64,000 nucleotides of DNA from an uncultured Lachnospiraceae bacterium (GTDB lineage: Bacteria; Bacillota; Clostridia; Lachnospirales; Anaerotignaceae), in assembly GCA_944384295.1 (NCBI GenBank), contig CALWSU010000010.1, positions 2,061 through 66,060 on the forward strand. Direction: 5' to 3'. The position numbers were made by a program, and so were the translations under genes. Below the pieces are notes generated by a model that searched no databases, was not told the origin of the DNA, and saw nothing but the letters and a program-made list of their open reading frames with translations. Positions 10,315 to 19,418 of the stretch are shown here, one piece after another (the first letter of the stretch is position 1; each line of letters starts with the position of its first letter).

Positions 10315-10833
10315 TTATTTGATTGGTGCAAAAGCGCGTATGCGCGGCACAAATGCGACCAGTGCGCGAATCGCTACAATCTCTACAATGCCCATAATCA
10401 AACATTGTACCACACGTGTTGCCATCAAAGGCAGGAAGGGTGAGCCATACAATACACTAATCCAAAATGTATTGAGCAAAAGAGAGCCAATCAATTCTGT
10501 TAGGAATATCACAGCAACAATACGCAACATGGTTTGCTTTTCGTGCAGAAAATAACCATACGCGAATCCTACCAAAAATGCGGTCAGTGTAAATCCGGGA
10601 AAATACTGCCCAATGGGAAACAAAATCGCGCCTAAAAAATCCGCAATTGCGGCAACAATCCCTGCTTGCCATTTGCCCAAATATAACGCAGTCAATACCA
10701 CAGGCACAAAGGCAAAGCCGATTTTCAAATTCCATGCCGCGATGGAGAGAAAGCGCGACAATATGATGTTCAGTGCAATCATCAATGCCATAAAAACAAG
10801 GTGTTGTGTAGAAATTTTACGTGTCGTTGGCAT
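10315..10833 (-). CDS. folT: Folate ECF transporter S component
   Basis: MALMIALNIILSRFLSI...LKIGF...YFPGFTLTA...LLNTFWISVLYG pattern; lies downstream of a THF riboswitch; start MPTTRK at 10833. Confidence 0.9.
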   Translation of the reverse strand: MPTTRKISTQHLVFMALMIALNIILSRFLSIAAWNLKIGFAFVPVVLTALYLGKWQAGIVAAIADFLGAILFPIGQYFPGFTLTAFLVGFAYGYFLHEKQTMLRIVAVIFLTELIGSLLLNTFWISVLYGSPFLPLMATRVVQCLIMGIVEIVAIRALVAFVPRIRAFAPIK

Positions 10834-10949
10834 AAAAAAAGAACCCCCTTTGTTATAAAACCATGTTTCAAACGATAACTGCAAATACCCTTGTCCCAAA
10901 AAACAAGGTTTGCTGTGATAACAAAGAGCGCTCACTTCTTTATTATGAA

Positions 10950-11045
10950 ACAGCGGGATGCGGGTTTTGTATCGCAAGCTATGCTTTTCGTTCCTGTGAC
11001 AACTCCCCGTTCACAAGACACTTAACGCACAAAGCCCTACTCTGT
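10950..11045 (-). ncRNA. THF (tetrahydrofolate) riboswitch
   Basis: Minus strand ACAGAGTAGG...TGCGTTAAGTG...GGGAGTTGTC...ACGAAAAG...TTGCGATA...CCCGCATCCCGCTGT matches the THF aptamer consensus, upstream of folT. Confidence 0.9.
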
Positions 11046-11184
11046 ATTTGCGTCTGTATGACTGGTATCATACAACGCCATTGTAGCACGCATACAAGGG
11101 AAAGTAAAGAGAGAAATCAGAAAAAAGAAAAACGCACAAAATCAGTATGCAAAGATTTTGTGCGTAGATTTTTTTCAATATGTT

Positions 11185-11787
11185 TTATGCTTCGATGGGG
11201 CAAAGCGCAAATGCCACAAGCAGAGATTTGCGAGAGGCAAAAGACCCCGCAAGCGTGATATTGCCCATATCCAAACCGTATGTCTGTGTCAAAGTAGAAA
11301 AAATACGGTCGGTTTCCAAAAAGCCGCCATTGCCAAAATAAAAGCAAATGATGTGGCTGTCTTTGGGCAGTTGGGAAAATTCTGCTTCTGAAAATGCGCG
11401 TATGACTTTGTTTTTGTCTTGGGATAATGTTTGTTTCAAAAAAGAAAGTTCAATATCCAAATGCAAAAACTCCTGTGAGGCATAGTATAATGCTGTCATC
11501 ATTTCTAATAAATCATGCTCGCCCGAAAAAGAAAGTGTCAGTGGAAATTGTGGCTGACAATTTTTTTGTAATGTGCAGATAAACCAAGGTGTGGTATCTG
11601 CGGCAAAAGAAATATGATAGGGGCGTTTTTGCACAATTTCAAAATCGTCTATGGCAAATACCAATGTATTGCCGCTGATTTTGGTGCTGATGGGCAATTT
11701 TCTTTTTTTGAGCTGCGCCTGTAAGGTATCAGACGCGCCATATAACCGCATCCCGTCAGAGTGAAAGCCGAGCATAACAAAAAGCAC
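11185..11787 (-). CDS. Hypothetical protein (start uncertain)
   Basis: 200-aa ORF directly downstream of ychF on the same strand; no family recognised with confidence. Confidence 0.6.
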   Translation of the reverse strand: MLFVMLGFHSDGMRLYGASDTLQAQLKKRKLPISTKISGNTLVFAIDDFEIVQKRPYHISFAADTTPWFICTLQKNCQPQFPLTLSFSGEHDLLEMMTALYYASQEFLHLDIELSFLKQTLSQDKNKVIRAFSEAEFSQLPKDSHIICFYFGNGGFLETDRIFSTLTQTYGLDMGNITLAGSFASRKSLLVAFALCPIEA

Positions 11788-11800
11788 CTCCTGTCACGGA

Positions 11801-12898
11801 TTATACAGTAAAGCGGAATAATACCACATCGCCATCTTTGACGACATATTCTTTGCCTTCGGAACGTACTAAACCCTGTTCTTTTGCGGCGTTATAAGAA
11901 CCCAGACGCATCAAGTCGTCATAAGCCACAACTTCCGCACGAATGAAACCACGCTCAAAATCACTGTGGATTTTGCCGGCAGCCTGTGGTGCTTTTGTGC
12001 CGTTTTTGATAGTCCATGCACGAGATTCCTGTGGACCTGCGGTCAAATAGCTAATCAGACCCAATAAACGATAACTTGCCGCAATCAGACGGTCTAAGCC
12101 ACTGCTTTCGACACCCAAATCCGCCAAAAATTCTTTTTTGTCGGCATCGTCTAAATCGGAAATTTCTTCTTCGATTTTTGCGCATAATACAAACACTTCA
12201 TTGTTTTCACGTGCCGCATATTCGCGTACACGCTGTACATATTCGTTGCTTGCGCCATCGTCCGCCAAATCGTCTTCTGTCACATTTGCTGCATACAGTA
12301 CGGGTTTTGCAGTCAAAAGTGTTAAACTGTCCACAAAAGCCTGTTCTTCTGGTGTGTCACAGACCACAGAACGCGCAGAAATACCTTGTTCCAAAGCATC
12401 TTTGAGTTTTTGCAGTGTGTCCATTTCTTTTTGCAAAGACTTGTCCGCCTTTGCCATTTTGCCAGTTTTTGCAATACGACGTTCCAAAATTTCCAAGTCG
12501 GAAAATACCAATTCCAGATTGATGGTTTCGATGTCGCGAATTGGGTCGATGCTGCCGTCTACATGTACGACATTGGGGTCTTCAAAACAACGTACCACAT
12601 GTACCACAGCGTCTACTTCGCGGATATGTGACAAAAATTTGTTGCCCAAGCCTTCGCCTTTGCTTGCGCCGCGTACCAGCCCCGCAATATCCACAAATTC
12701 AATCACAGCAGGTGTGGTTTTTGCGGAATCATACATTTCTGTCAATTTTTGCAGGCGTTCGTCTGGTACTGTCACAATGCCTACATTGGGTTCTATGGTA
12801 CAGAAGGGATAGTTTGCCGCTTCTGCCTTGCCCAGTGTCATAGAATTGAATAATGTGCTTTTGCCGACATTGGGCAGTCCTACAATACCTAATTTCAT
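11801..12898 (-). CDS. ychF: Redox-regulated ribosome-binding ATPase YchF
   Basis: GIVGLPNVGKSTLFN, NYPFCTIEPN, DIAGLV.GASKGEGLGNKFL, IHSDFERGFIRAE, EGKEYVVKDGD. Confidence 0.97.
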   Translation of the reverse strand: MKLGIVGLPNVGKSTLFNSMTLGKAEAANYPFCTIEPNVGIVTVPDERLQKLTEMYDSAKTTPAVIEFVDIAGLVRGASKGEGLGNKFLSHIREVDAVVHVVRCFEDPNVVHVDGSIDPIRDIETINLELVFSDLEILERRIAKTGKMAKADKSLQKEMDTLQKLKDALEQGISARSVVCDTPEEQAFVDSLTLLTAKPVLYAANVTEDDLADDGASNEYVQRVREYAARENNEVFVLCAKIEEEISDLDDADKKEFLADLGVESSGLDRLIAASYRLLGLISYLTAGPQESRAWTIKNGTKAPQAAGKIHSDFERGFIRAEVVAYDDLMRLGSYNAAKEQGLVRSEGKEYVVKDGDVVLFRFTV

Positions 12899-13006
12899 AT
12901 ACGTGTCTTCCTTTCCGAAATCTGACAAAAGGCCGTCGACTTTGGGCTTCCTCTAGTATCGTCTAGTATCGGAAAATATGCTTTGGTCGACAGCCTTATC
13001 ATTTGC

Positions 13007-13354
13007 TTAAAATTTCAATTCATCTAAATCAATCGTACCCATTGGGATTGCGTTGCCACATGCGGGACAGGCGATTTCTGTCACAGTTTCCATGGTTTCT
13101 TCGTCTACGTCGATTTCTTCGCCGCAGTTGGGACAGATAAAAGAATAAAAATAAACAGGTTCTTCTGTTTCGGCTTCGTCTAGTTCCATTTCTTCCAATT
13201 CTTCATCGTCCAGAAATGTTTCCAGCATAAAAGCCATATCTTCCAAAATATCCATCATACCATGAAAGATTTTTCCTTCTTTGCTTTCTGGATCAAAACC
13301 GCTGCCATCACACAGCCCTCTCAGATATGTGATTTTCTTTTCAAAATATTCCAT
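13007..13354 (-). CDS. CD1247-like acidic zinc-ribbon protein
   Basis: YLRGLCDG N-terminal helix, CPNCGEEI and CPACG Cys pairs; next to efp as is usual in Clostridia. Confidence 0.75.
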   Translation of the reverse strand: MEYFEKKITYLRGLCDGSGFDPESKEGKIFHGMMDILEDMAFMLETFLDDEELEEMELDEAETEEPVYFYSFICPNCGEEIDVDEETMETVTEIACPACGNAIPMGTIDLDELKF

Positions 13355-13413
13355 GATGCAAGCCTCCCTTTTGGACGATACATGGATACATGCAAAATTA
13401 AAAATTTACAAAA

Positions 13414-13977
13414 TTAGTTGTTTGCTCTGCTTAGGTATTCGCCAGTACGTGTATCAATTTTGATGATTTCGCCCTGGTTGATGAACAGAGGAACCTGAAC
13501 AGATGCACCTGTTTCTACGATAGCAGGTTTGGTTGCGCCCTGTGCAGTGTTGCCTGCGAAACCAGGTTCTGTTTCTGTGATTTCCAGTTCTACGAACAGA
13601 GGGGGTTCAATACCAAATACATTGCCGTCGTGGGACAGGATTTTTACGTTTTCGTTTTCTTTTACAAATTTCAGTGCATCGCCAACATCATCTGCGTTCA
13701 ATGCAATCTGGTCGAATGTTTCGTTGTTCATGAAGTGATACAGTTCGCCATCGTTGTACAGATATTGCATATCCTGTCTGTCGATGTGTGCTTTAGACAT
13801 TTTTTCAGTAGGGCGGAATGTTTTTTCTACCACTGCGCCTGTTTTGATATTTTTTAATCTGGTACGTACGAAAGCAGCACCTTTACCAGGTTTTACATGC
13901 TGGAATTCCAGAACGCTGTAAATTTCGCCTTCGTATTCCATTGTTACGCCGTTTCTAAGTTCACCTGCAGAAATCAT
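13414..13977 (-). CDS. efp: Elongation factor P
   Basis: [42 protein letters not shown]. Confidence 0.98.
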   Translation of the reverse strand: MISAGELRNGVTMEYEGEIYSVLEFQHVKPGKGAAFVRTRLKNIKTGAVVEKTFRPTEKMSKAHIDRQDMQYLYNDGELYHFMNNETFDQIALNADDVGDALKFVKENENVKILSHDGNVFGIEPPLFVELEITETEPGFAGNTAQGATKPAIVETGASVQVPLFINQGEIIKIDTRTGEYLSRANN

Positions 13978-14156
13978 GTTTTGTTTTCCTCCTCAAAATC
14001 ATCTCACAGGGAAAAAATTCCCCGCTGTTTGTATTCTTATACTGCTTAAAATGCCCAAAAAGAAACAAAAATCTTTTCCGCAAAATAAGCATATCCTTAT
14101 CTATTTTACTGGAAAATCAGCTCTTTTTCAATACGTTACGCAAAAAAAACCATATT

Positions 14157-14693
14157 TTACAAGTTTTTTTGCACTTTTGGGGGCTGTGCTATGCCATTTC
14201 TACGAAAATATACACGCATCACACAACGTTCTGCACCACGTTTGACTTTGGTAATCAGTTGGTCACGTGCGCAGATAGGCGCCGTCATAATGCAGTATAA
14301 GCCGCCGCGGTGCCCACACCACATATCGGTAAACACTTGGTCGCCTACCAAAGCCGCCTCTTGCGGTACAAGCCCTAATTTTGCCAAAGCTGCTTTGAGT
14401 TTGCGCGGACTGGGCTTGCCTGCTTTATGTATGGCTAATGTGCGTAAGGGCTGATTGAAACGATGTACGCGTTTTTGATTGTTGTTGGATAAAATACAAA
14501 GTCGAAACCCTTGCGCGCGTAAATGCGCAAAATATGCAATCAATTTTTCGTCCGGGTCAGCCACATCAAAGGGTGCAATCGTGTTGTCAATATCGAATAC
14601 CAGACCACGTATGCCCATTTCCCGCAATGTTTCCAAAGGCAGGTCATACACAGAGGGCAAATAAATATCAGGGAAAAATCGTTCCAAAATCAT
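14157..14693 (-). CDS. yqeG: YqeG family HAD IIIA phosphatase
   Basis: FDIDNTI, ILSNN, AGKP, VGDQVFTD motifs; start MILERFFP after RBS GGAGG. Confidence 0.9.
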   Translation of the reverse strand: MILERFFPDIYLPSVYDLPLETLREMGIRGLVFDIDNTIAPFDVADPDEKLIAYFAHLRAQGFRLCILSNNNQKRVHRFNQPLRTLAIHKAGKPSPRKLKAALAKLGLVPQEAALVGDQVFTDMWCGHRGGLYCIMTAPICARDQLITKVKRGAERCVMRVYFRRNGIAQPPKVQKNL

Positions 14694-14760
14694 ACCGTCA
14701 AATAAACCTCCTCTTTCGATTTGACAAAAATTATCAAACAAACCAAAAAATCAAAACTCT

Positions 14761-15053
14761 CAGACTGTAATAAAGTACATTTTTTACTTTTTTCAAGAAT
14801 GCAGAAGGGCTTGGGGAACAATTGTCAACACGTTTGCTGCGCAAACGCCAGCCATAAATGGCTGTCCGCACTTCTTTGCGGTGTGTAGTTCCCCAAATTT
14901 AATCCGCAGTCGGAATTCATTTCCGACGAGGAAAAGCCGAAGTTTCAAGGCTTTTTAGCCGATGGAACTTTGGTTTTATACTTCTGTCTACTCGTCAAAG
15001 GCTTGAATGAAATGAGCCTTTGACGACAGGGTGTCAACTTTTTTGACACCCTG
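14761..15053 (+). mobile_element. MITE-like structured repeat, copy 3 (293 bp, carries module A)
   Basis: cagactgtaataaag...ttttttgacaccctg; perfect 8-bp target duplication aaaactct (14753-14760 / 15054-15061). Confidence 0.88.
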
Positions 15054-15405
15054 AAAACTCTTCCAATTCTTCGTCTGCTTCCAAACGCAACAAAGCGTTT
15101 TCTTCAATAGTACCCAAACGCTCTCCGCTCAGATACCGAATCATAATTGCGTCTGCATCTCCTGTCACGCCATACGTCAATTCGATTCGTTTGGTGCGCA
15201 AAAGTGTTTTTGTTTCAGAACGTATTGCTGCGCAAATGACAGCGTTAATTTCCTGCTTTGTCAAAAAATCCGCCATACGCCCACGTAGTGCGACGGTTTC
15301 TTTTGCCCGTACCAGTTCGATTTCCACATCATAGATGGTAAATTCTTTTGCTTGTTCATACAACAGACAGATTTGTCCGTTTTCGGTTGGTATAGCAACC
15401 CGCAT
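15034..15405 (-). CDS. NifB/NifX family (dinitrogenase Fe-Mo cofactor-binding-like) protein
   Basis: MRVAIPTENG...AKEFTIYDVE, INAVIC, GVTGDAD...YLSG pattern; last six residues are encoded by repeat copy 3. Confidence 0.8.
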   Translation of the reverse strand: MRVAIPTENGQICLLYEQAKEFTIYDVEIELVRAKETVALRGRMADFLTKQEINAVICAAIRSETKTLLRTKRIELTYGVTGDADAIMIRYLSGERLGTIEENALLRLEADEELEEFSGCQKS

Positions 15406-15574
15406 ACACGCCACCGCCTTTCTGTTTGTATTGTATCCGTAGAAATAGGGAATTGTCAAATTTTCGTATAAAAATTTTTGCCTAATTCGTCAAAAAAGGG
15501 TACAATAATGTACGATACAAATAGAAGGATATAGCAAGGAAAAAATTTTTGTATCACAGGAAAGGAGATTTTTT

Positions 15575-16690
15575 ATGGACGCAAGAATCGAAACTTTAGC
15601 ATATAATCTGGTGCATCATTCCTGCCGCCTGCAAAAGGGCGAAAAAATTATGATTCATCAAAATGGGATACATCCCACGCCTTTGGTAAAGGCAATCATA
15701 AAAGAAGTATATCGTACAGGCGGTGTACCATTTTTGCGCTTGATGACCAATTCTTTGGAACGGGAACTGCTTTTGGGCGCAGAACAGGAACAGCTTGCAT
15801 TGATGGCAGAAGCAGACGCCCTCCTCATGAAAGAGATGGACGCTTTCATCGGCGTGCGTGGTGAGGATAATATCACAGAACAAGCAGACGTACCCAATGA
15901 CAAGCAAACATTATATGAGCGTTTTTATTCCGCGCCAGTGCATCATGATATTCGTGTACCACATACAAAATGGGTGGTGCTGCGCTATCCCACAAACGCT
16001 ATGGCGCAAGCGGCACATACCAGTTTAGAGGATTTTGAAGATTTTTATTTCAATGTCTGCAATCTGGATTACAGCAAAATGTCAAAAGCAATGGACGCAT
16101 TGGTAGCTTTGATGGAACGTACCGATAAAGTACGCCTTGTAGCAAAGGGTACCGATTTGACATTCTCTATCAAAGGCATTCCTGCCATCAAATGCGCAGG
16201 TGGCTGCAATATCCCAGATGGCGAAGTGTATACTGCTCCAGTACGTGATTCTGTACAAGGCGTGATTACCTATAACACACCTTCTGAATATAATAGCTTT
16301 ACATTTGAACAGGTTAAGCTGACATTTGAAAACGGGAAGATTGTGGATTGTGACGGCAACGATAAAGCACGTCTGACAGAGATTTTCAACACAGACAAAG
16401 GCGCGCGCTATGTGGGAGAATTTGCGATTGGTGTGAATCCTTATATCACAAAGCCTATGAATAATATTTTGTTTGATGAAAAAATTGCAGGCAGTATTCA
16501 TTTTACACCCGGCAACAGCTATGATGATGCGCCAAACGGCAACCATTCCGCAATCCATTGGGATTTGGTGTTGATTATGACACCAGAATATGGCGGCGGT
16601 GAAATCTGGTTTGATGATGTGTTGATTCGCAAAGATGGTAGATTTGTCGTGCCAGAATTAGAGTGCTTGAATCCTGAAAACTTGAAATAA
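15575..16690 (+). CDS. Aminopeptidase, M29 family (AmpS/PepS-like)
   Basis: NIPDGEVYTAP, GEFAIG, FDEKIAGSIHFTPG, SAIHWDLV motifs. Confidence 0.92.
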   Translation: MDARIETLAYNLVHHSCRLQKGEKIMIHQNGIHPTPLVKAIIKEVYRTGGVPFLRLMTNSLERELLLGAEQEQLALMAEADALLMKEMDAFIGVRGEDNITEQADVPNDKQTLYERFYSAPVHHDIRVPHTKWVVLRYPTNAMAQAAHTSLEDFEDFYFNVCNLDYSKMSKAMDALVALMERTDKVRLVAKGTDLTFSIKGIPAIKCAGGCNIPDGEVYTAPVRDSVQGVITYNTPSEYNSFTFEQVKLTFENGKIVDCDGNDKARLTEIFNTDKGARYVGEFAIGVNPYITKPMNNILFDEKIAGSIHFTPGNSYDDAPNGNHSAIHWDLVLIMTPEYGGGEIWFDDVLIRKDGRFVVPELECLNPENLK

Positions 16691-16711
16691 GACAATAAAA
16701 ATAAAAGGAAC

Positions 16712-16742
16712 ATGTCCCTAAGTTTTTTGACTTGTGGGACAT
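16712..16742. terminator. Hairpin/terminator duplicated on both sides of repeat copy 4 (second copy 16974-17005)
   Basis: atgtccctaagttttttgacttgtgggacat with self-complementary ends, between convergent genes. Confidence 0.65.
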
Positions 16743-16973
16743 CAGATTGTAGAAAAAGTATATCTTTTACTTTTTTTCAAGAACGCGGAAGGGTTTGGGA
16801 AACGAAGCGTTTCCCAAATTTAATCCGCAGTCGGAATTCATTTCCGACGAGGAAAAGCCGAAGTTTCAAGGACTTTAGACGATGGAACTTCGGCTTTATA
16901 CTTCTGTCTACTCGTCAAAGGCTTGAATGCAATGAGCCTTTGACGACAGGGTGTCGACTTTTTCGGCACCCTG
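16743..16973 (+). mobile_element. MITE-like structured repeat, copy 4 (231 bp, minimal form)
   Basis: cagattgtagaaaaa...tttttcggcaccctg; flanked by a 31/32-bp direct repeat differing by one C. Confidence 0.9.
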
Positions 16974-17012
16974 ATGTCCCCTAAGTTTTTTGACTTGTGG
17001 GACATATTCTTT

Positions 17013-17411
17013 TTATATTTTTGCAGCTTTGTATGCTTCTATGCGCTGTACAATCTTGTCGTTTGTCGTGACAGAAATGATACGCAATTGTGCATCAGTT
17101 TGTAAAGCCAAATCCTGTGCCTGTGCGGTCAAATTTTGATGTGCCTGCATGGTGTCAGCATTGGTATGCAGCCCTATGATGGCAGTCTGTCCGTCAATCA
17201 ATACGCAACAATCAGTGACACCATCTAGAGATTGCAGCACAGTTTCTAGGGCAGTGGCGCGCATGCTGTCCTGCGTATTTTGTGTGTTGTTTTGGCGTTC
17301 ATGGCTGATGTGGCTTTGTGCCTGCGCCAAATGGTTGGTCACAGTATGTGATGCACACCCACTGCAAAGCAGGCAAAAAACCAGAAAAAAGAGAATACGG
17401 CAGTTCTGCAT
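17013..17411 (-). CDS. YhcN/YlaJ-like sporulation lipoprotein
   Basis: Lipobox LCSGC; GVTDCCVLIDGQTAIIGL and ISVTTN...RI resemble the YhcN/YlaJ core; start MQNCRIL at 17411. Confidence 0.7.
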   Translation of the reverse strand: MQNCRILFFLVFCLLCSGCASHTVTNHLAQAQSHISHERQNNTQNTQDSMRATALETVLQSLDGVTDCCVLIDGQTAIIGLHTNADTMQAHQNLTAQAQDLALQTDAQLRIISVTTNDKIVQRIEAYKAAKI

Positions 17412-17705
17412 GTTTTTTTGCCTCCCTTCACAAATGTAATATTTGCAGAATAAGCGCGTTTTTTGCCTGTGAAATTTCGGTTTTGTTTTTAGCAAAATAC
17501 AACATAACTGTATAAATTTTGTAAAATTAGTTTTTTTATTTTTTTGTCTGTGTAACCCAGTGGAATTATGGGAAAAGCGTTGACACATTCAGGAAAGAAT
17601 TGGTATAATAAACGATGGTTTATTGTGAATTGTAGACAATTTTCAATTTATGACACAGTTTTAGAAAAGGACAGAAGGCGTGTCAACAATTAGGAGGATA
17701 CAATT

Positions 17706-18422
17706 ATGTTAGAATTGAAGGATATCTGTTATGCCGCAGACGGCAAACAGATTTTAGACCATATCAATCTTGTGGTAGATGATGCAAAATTTATTGTAAT
17801 CACAGGTCCCAATGGCGGCGGTAAGTCTACATTGGCAAAAGTGATTGCAGGTATCATCACACCAGATAGCGGTCAGATTTTGTTAGATGGGAAAGATATT
17901 ACAGGTTGGTCGATTACCGACCGCGCGAATGCTGGCATTAGCTTTGCATTTCAGCAGCCAGTACGCTTTAAGGGTGTAACTGTCAAAGACTTGATTACAT
18001 TGGCAAGCGGCAAAGATTTATCGACTGCGGCGGCTTGTGATTATCTGTCAGAAGTTGGACTTTGCGCAAAAGATTATATCAACCGTGAAGTCAATGCCAG
18101 CCTGTCTGGCGGCGAACTGAAACGTATTGAAATCGCAACCGTGATGGCAAGAAAAACAAAAGTAACCATTTTTGACGAACCAGAAGCCGGTATCGACTTA
18201 TGGAGTTTCAAAAATTTGATTGATGTTTTTGAAAAAATGCACGAAGAAATACAAGGCTCTATCTTGATTATTTCCCATCAGGAACGTATTTTGAATATTG
18301 CTGACCAAGTGGTTGTGATTTCAAATGGCAGTGTTTCCAAGATTGGTACAAAAGATGAAGTATTGCCTGGTTTGTTCGGTGTGGACACAGGTTGCAGATA
18401 TTTTCAGGGAGGGAATGCATAA
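17706..18422 (+). CDS. SufC-like ABC ATPase
   Basis: Walker A GPNGGGKS, FQQP, LSGGE, DEPEAGID, ISHQ. Confidence 0.85.
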   Translation: MLELKDICYAADGKQILDHINLVVDDAKFIVITGPNGGGKSTLAKVIAGIITPDSGQILLDGKDITGWSITDRANAGISFAFQQPVRFKGVTVKDLITLASGKDLSTAAACDYLSEVGLCAKDYINREVNASLSGGELKRIEIATVMARKTKVTIFDEPEAGIDLWSFKNLIDVFEKMHEEIQGSILIISHQERILNIADQVVVISNGSVSKIGTKDEVLPGLFGVDTGCRYFQGGNA

Positions 18423-19345
18423 TGTTAGATGATGTAATCAAAAATCTGCTTGCCGAAGTTTCGGATTTGCCCGAAATACCGACCAATGGCGCGTTCAATA
18501 TCCGCAGCAATGGCGCAAGCGCAGGACGTCACTCCACAGAAAATATACAGATTGAGCCAAAAGTGGGGCGTTCTGGCATTGACATTTTTATACAGCCCGG
18601 TACCAAAGACGAAAATGTGCATATTCCCGCTTTGATTACAGAAAGTGGTATCCATGATGTAGTATATAATGATTTTCATGTAGGCGAAGGCGCTGATGTG
18701 ACCATTGTTGCGGGCTGTGGTATCCACAACTGTGGAGAATCAGAATCCTTGCATCAAGGGATACACAGATTTTTCTTAGGCAAAAATGCAAAAGTAAAAT
18801 ATATTGAAAAGCATATCGGGGAAGGCGATGGCAACGGAAAACGTATCATCAACCCAGAAACCTATATCGAAGGCGGCGAAAACAGCTATTTGGAAATGGA
18901 TACTGTGCAACTGAAGGGCGTAGACTCTACAAAACGTATTTCCAGTGCAAAACTGGCGGCAGGCGCAACGATTGTGATTCGTGAAAAAATCATGACACAT
19001 GGCGAACAGTATGCAGAAACTTCCTTTGATGTTGTGTTGGAAGGCGCAGGCAGTTCTGCAAAATTGATTTCTCGTTCTGTGGCAAAAGACCGTTCCCGTC
19101 AGTTGTTCCGTTCCAAGATTGTGGGCAATACAGATTGTTATGGACATTCGGAATGTGACGCTATTATTATGGATGATGGTATTGTAGCCGCAGAACCAGA
19201 AATTGTGGCAAATGATGTTGATGCAACCTTGATTCATGAAGCGGCAATTGGTAAAATTGCGGGCGACCAGTTGATGAAGCTGATGACGTTGGGCTTGACA
19301 GAAGCAGAAGCTGAAGCGCAAATCATAAACGGTTTCTTGAAATAA
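18422..19345 (+). CDS. SufB/SufD family Fe-S cluster assembly scaffold
   Basis: GHSECDAIIM, PEI, LIHEAAIGKIAGDQL...LGL.E.EAE..IINGFL C-terminus; translationally coupled to the ATPase. Confidence 0.88.
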   Translation: MLDDVIKNLLAEVSDLPEIPTNGAFNIRSNGASAGRHSTENIQIEPKVGRSGIDIFIQPGTKDENVHIPALITESGIHDVVYNDFHVGEGADVTIVAGCGIHNCGESESLHQGIHRFFLGKNAKVKYIEKHIGEGDGNGKRIINPETYIEGGENSYLEMDTVQLKGVDSTKRISSAKLAAGATIVIREKIMTHGEQYAETSFDVVLEGAGSSAKLISRSVAKDRSRQLFRSKIVGNTDCYGHSECDAIIMDDGIVAAEPEIVANDVDATLIHEAAIGKIAGDQLMKLMTLGLTEAEAEAQIINGFLK

Positions 19346-19418
19346 AAGATAAGCCGCAAGCAAATACACGAAATACACGGGCAGTATGCCGTCCGTTGAA
19401 TAAGGAGCGTAAAGAATT

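Noticed and set aside
15034-15405. Nitrogen fixation locus
   Set aside because: Isolated NifB/NifX-family domain, common in non-diazotrophs; no nifHDK in the window.
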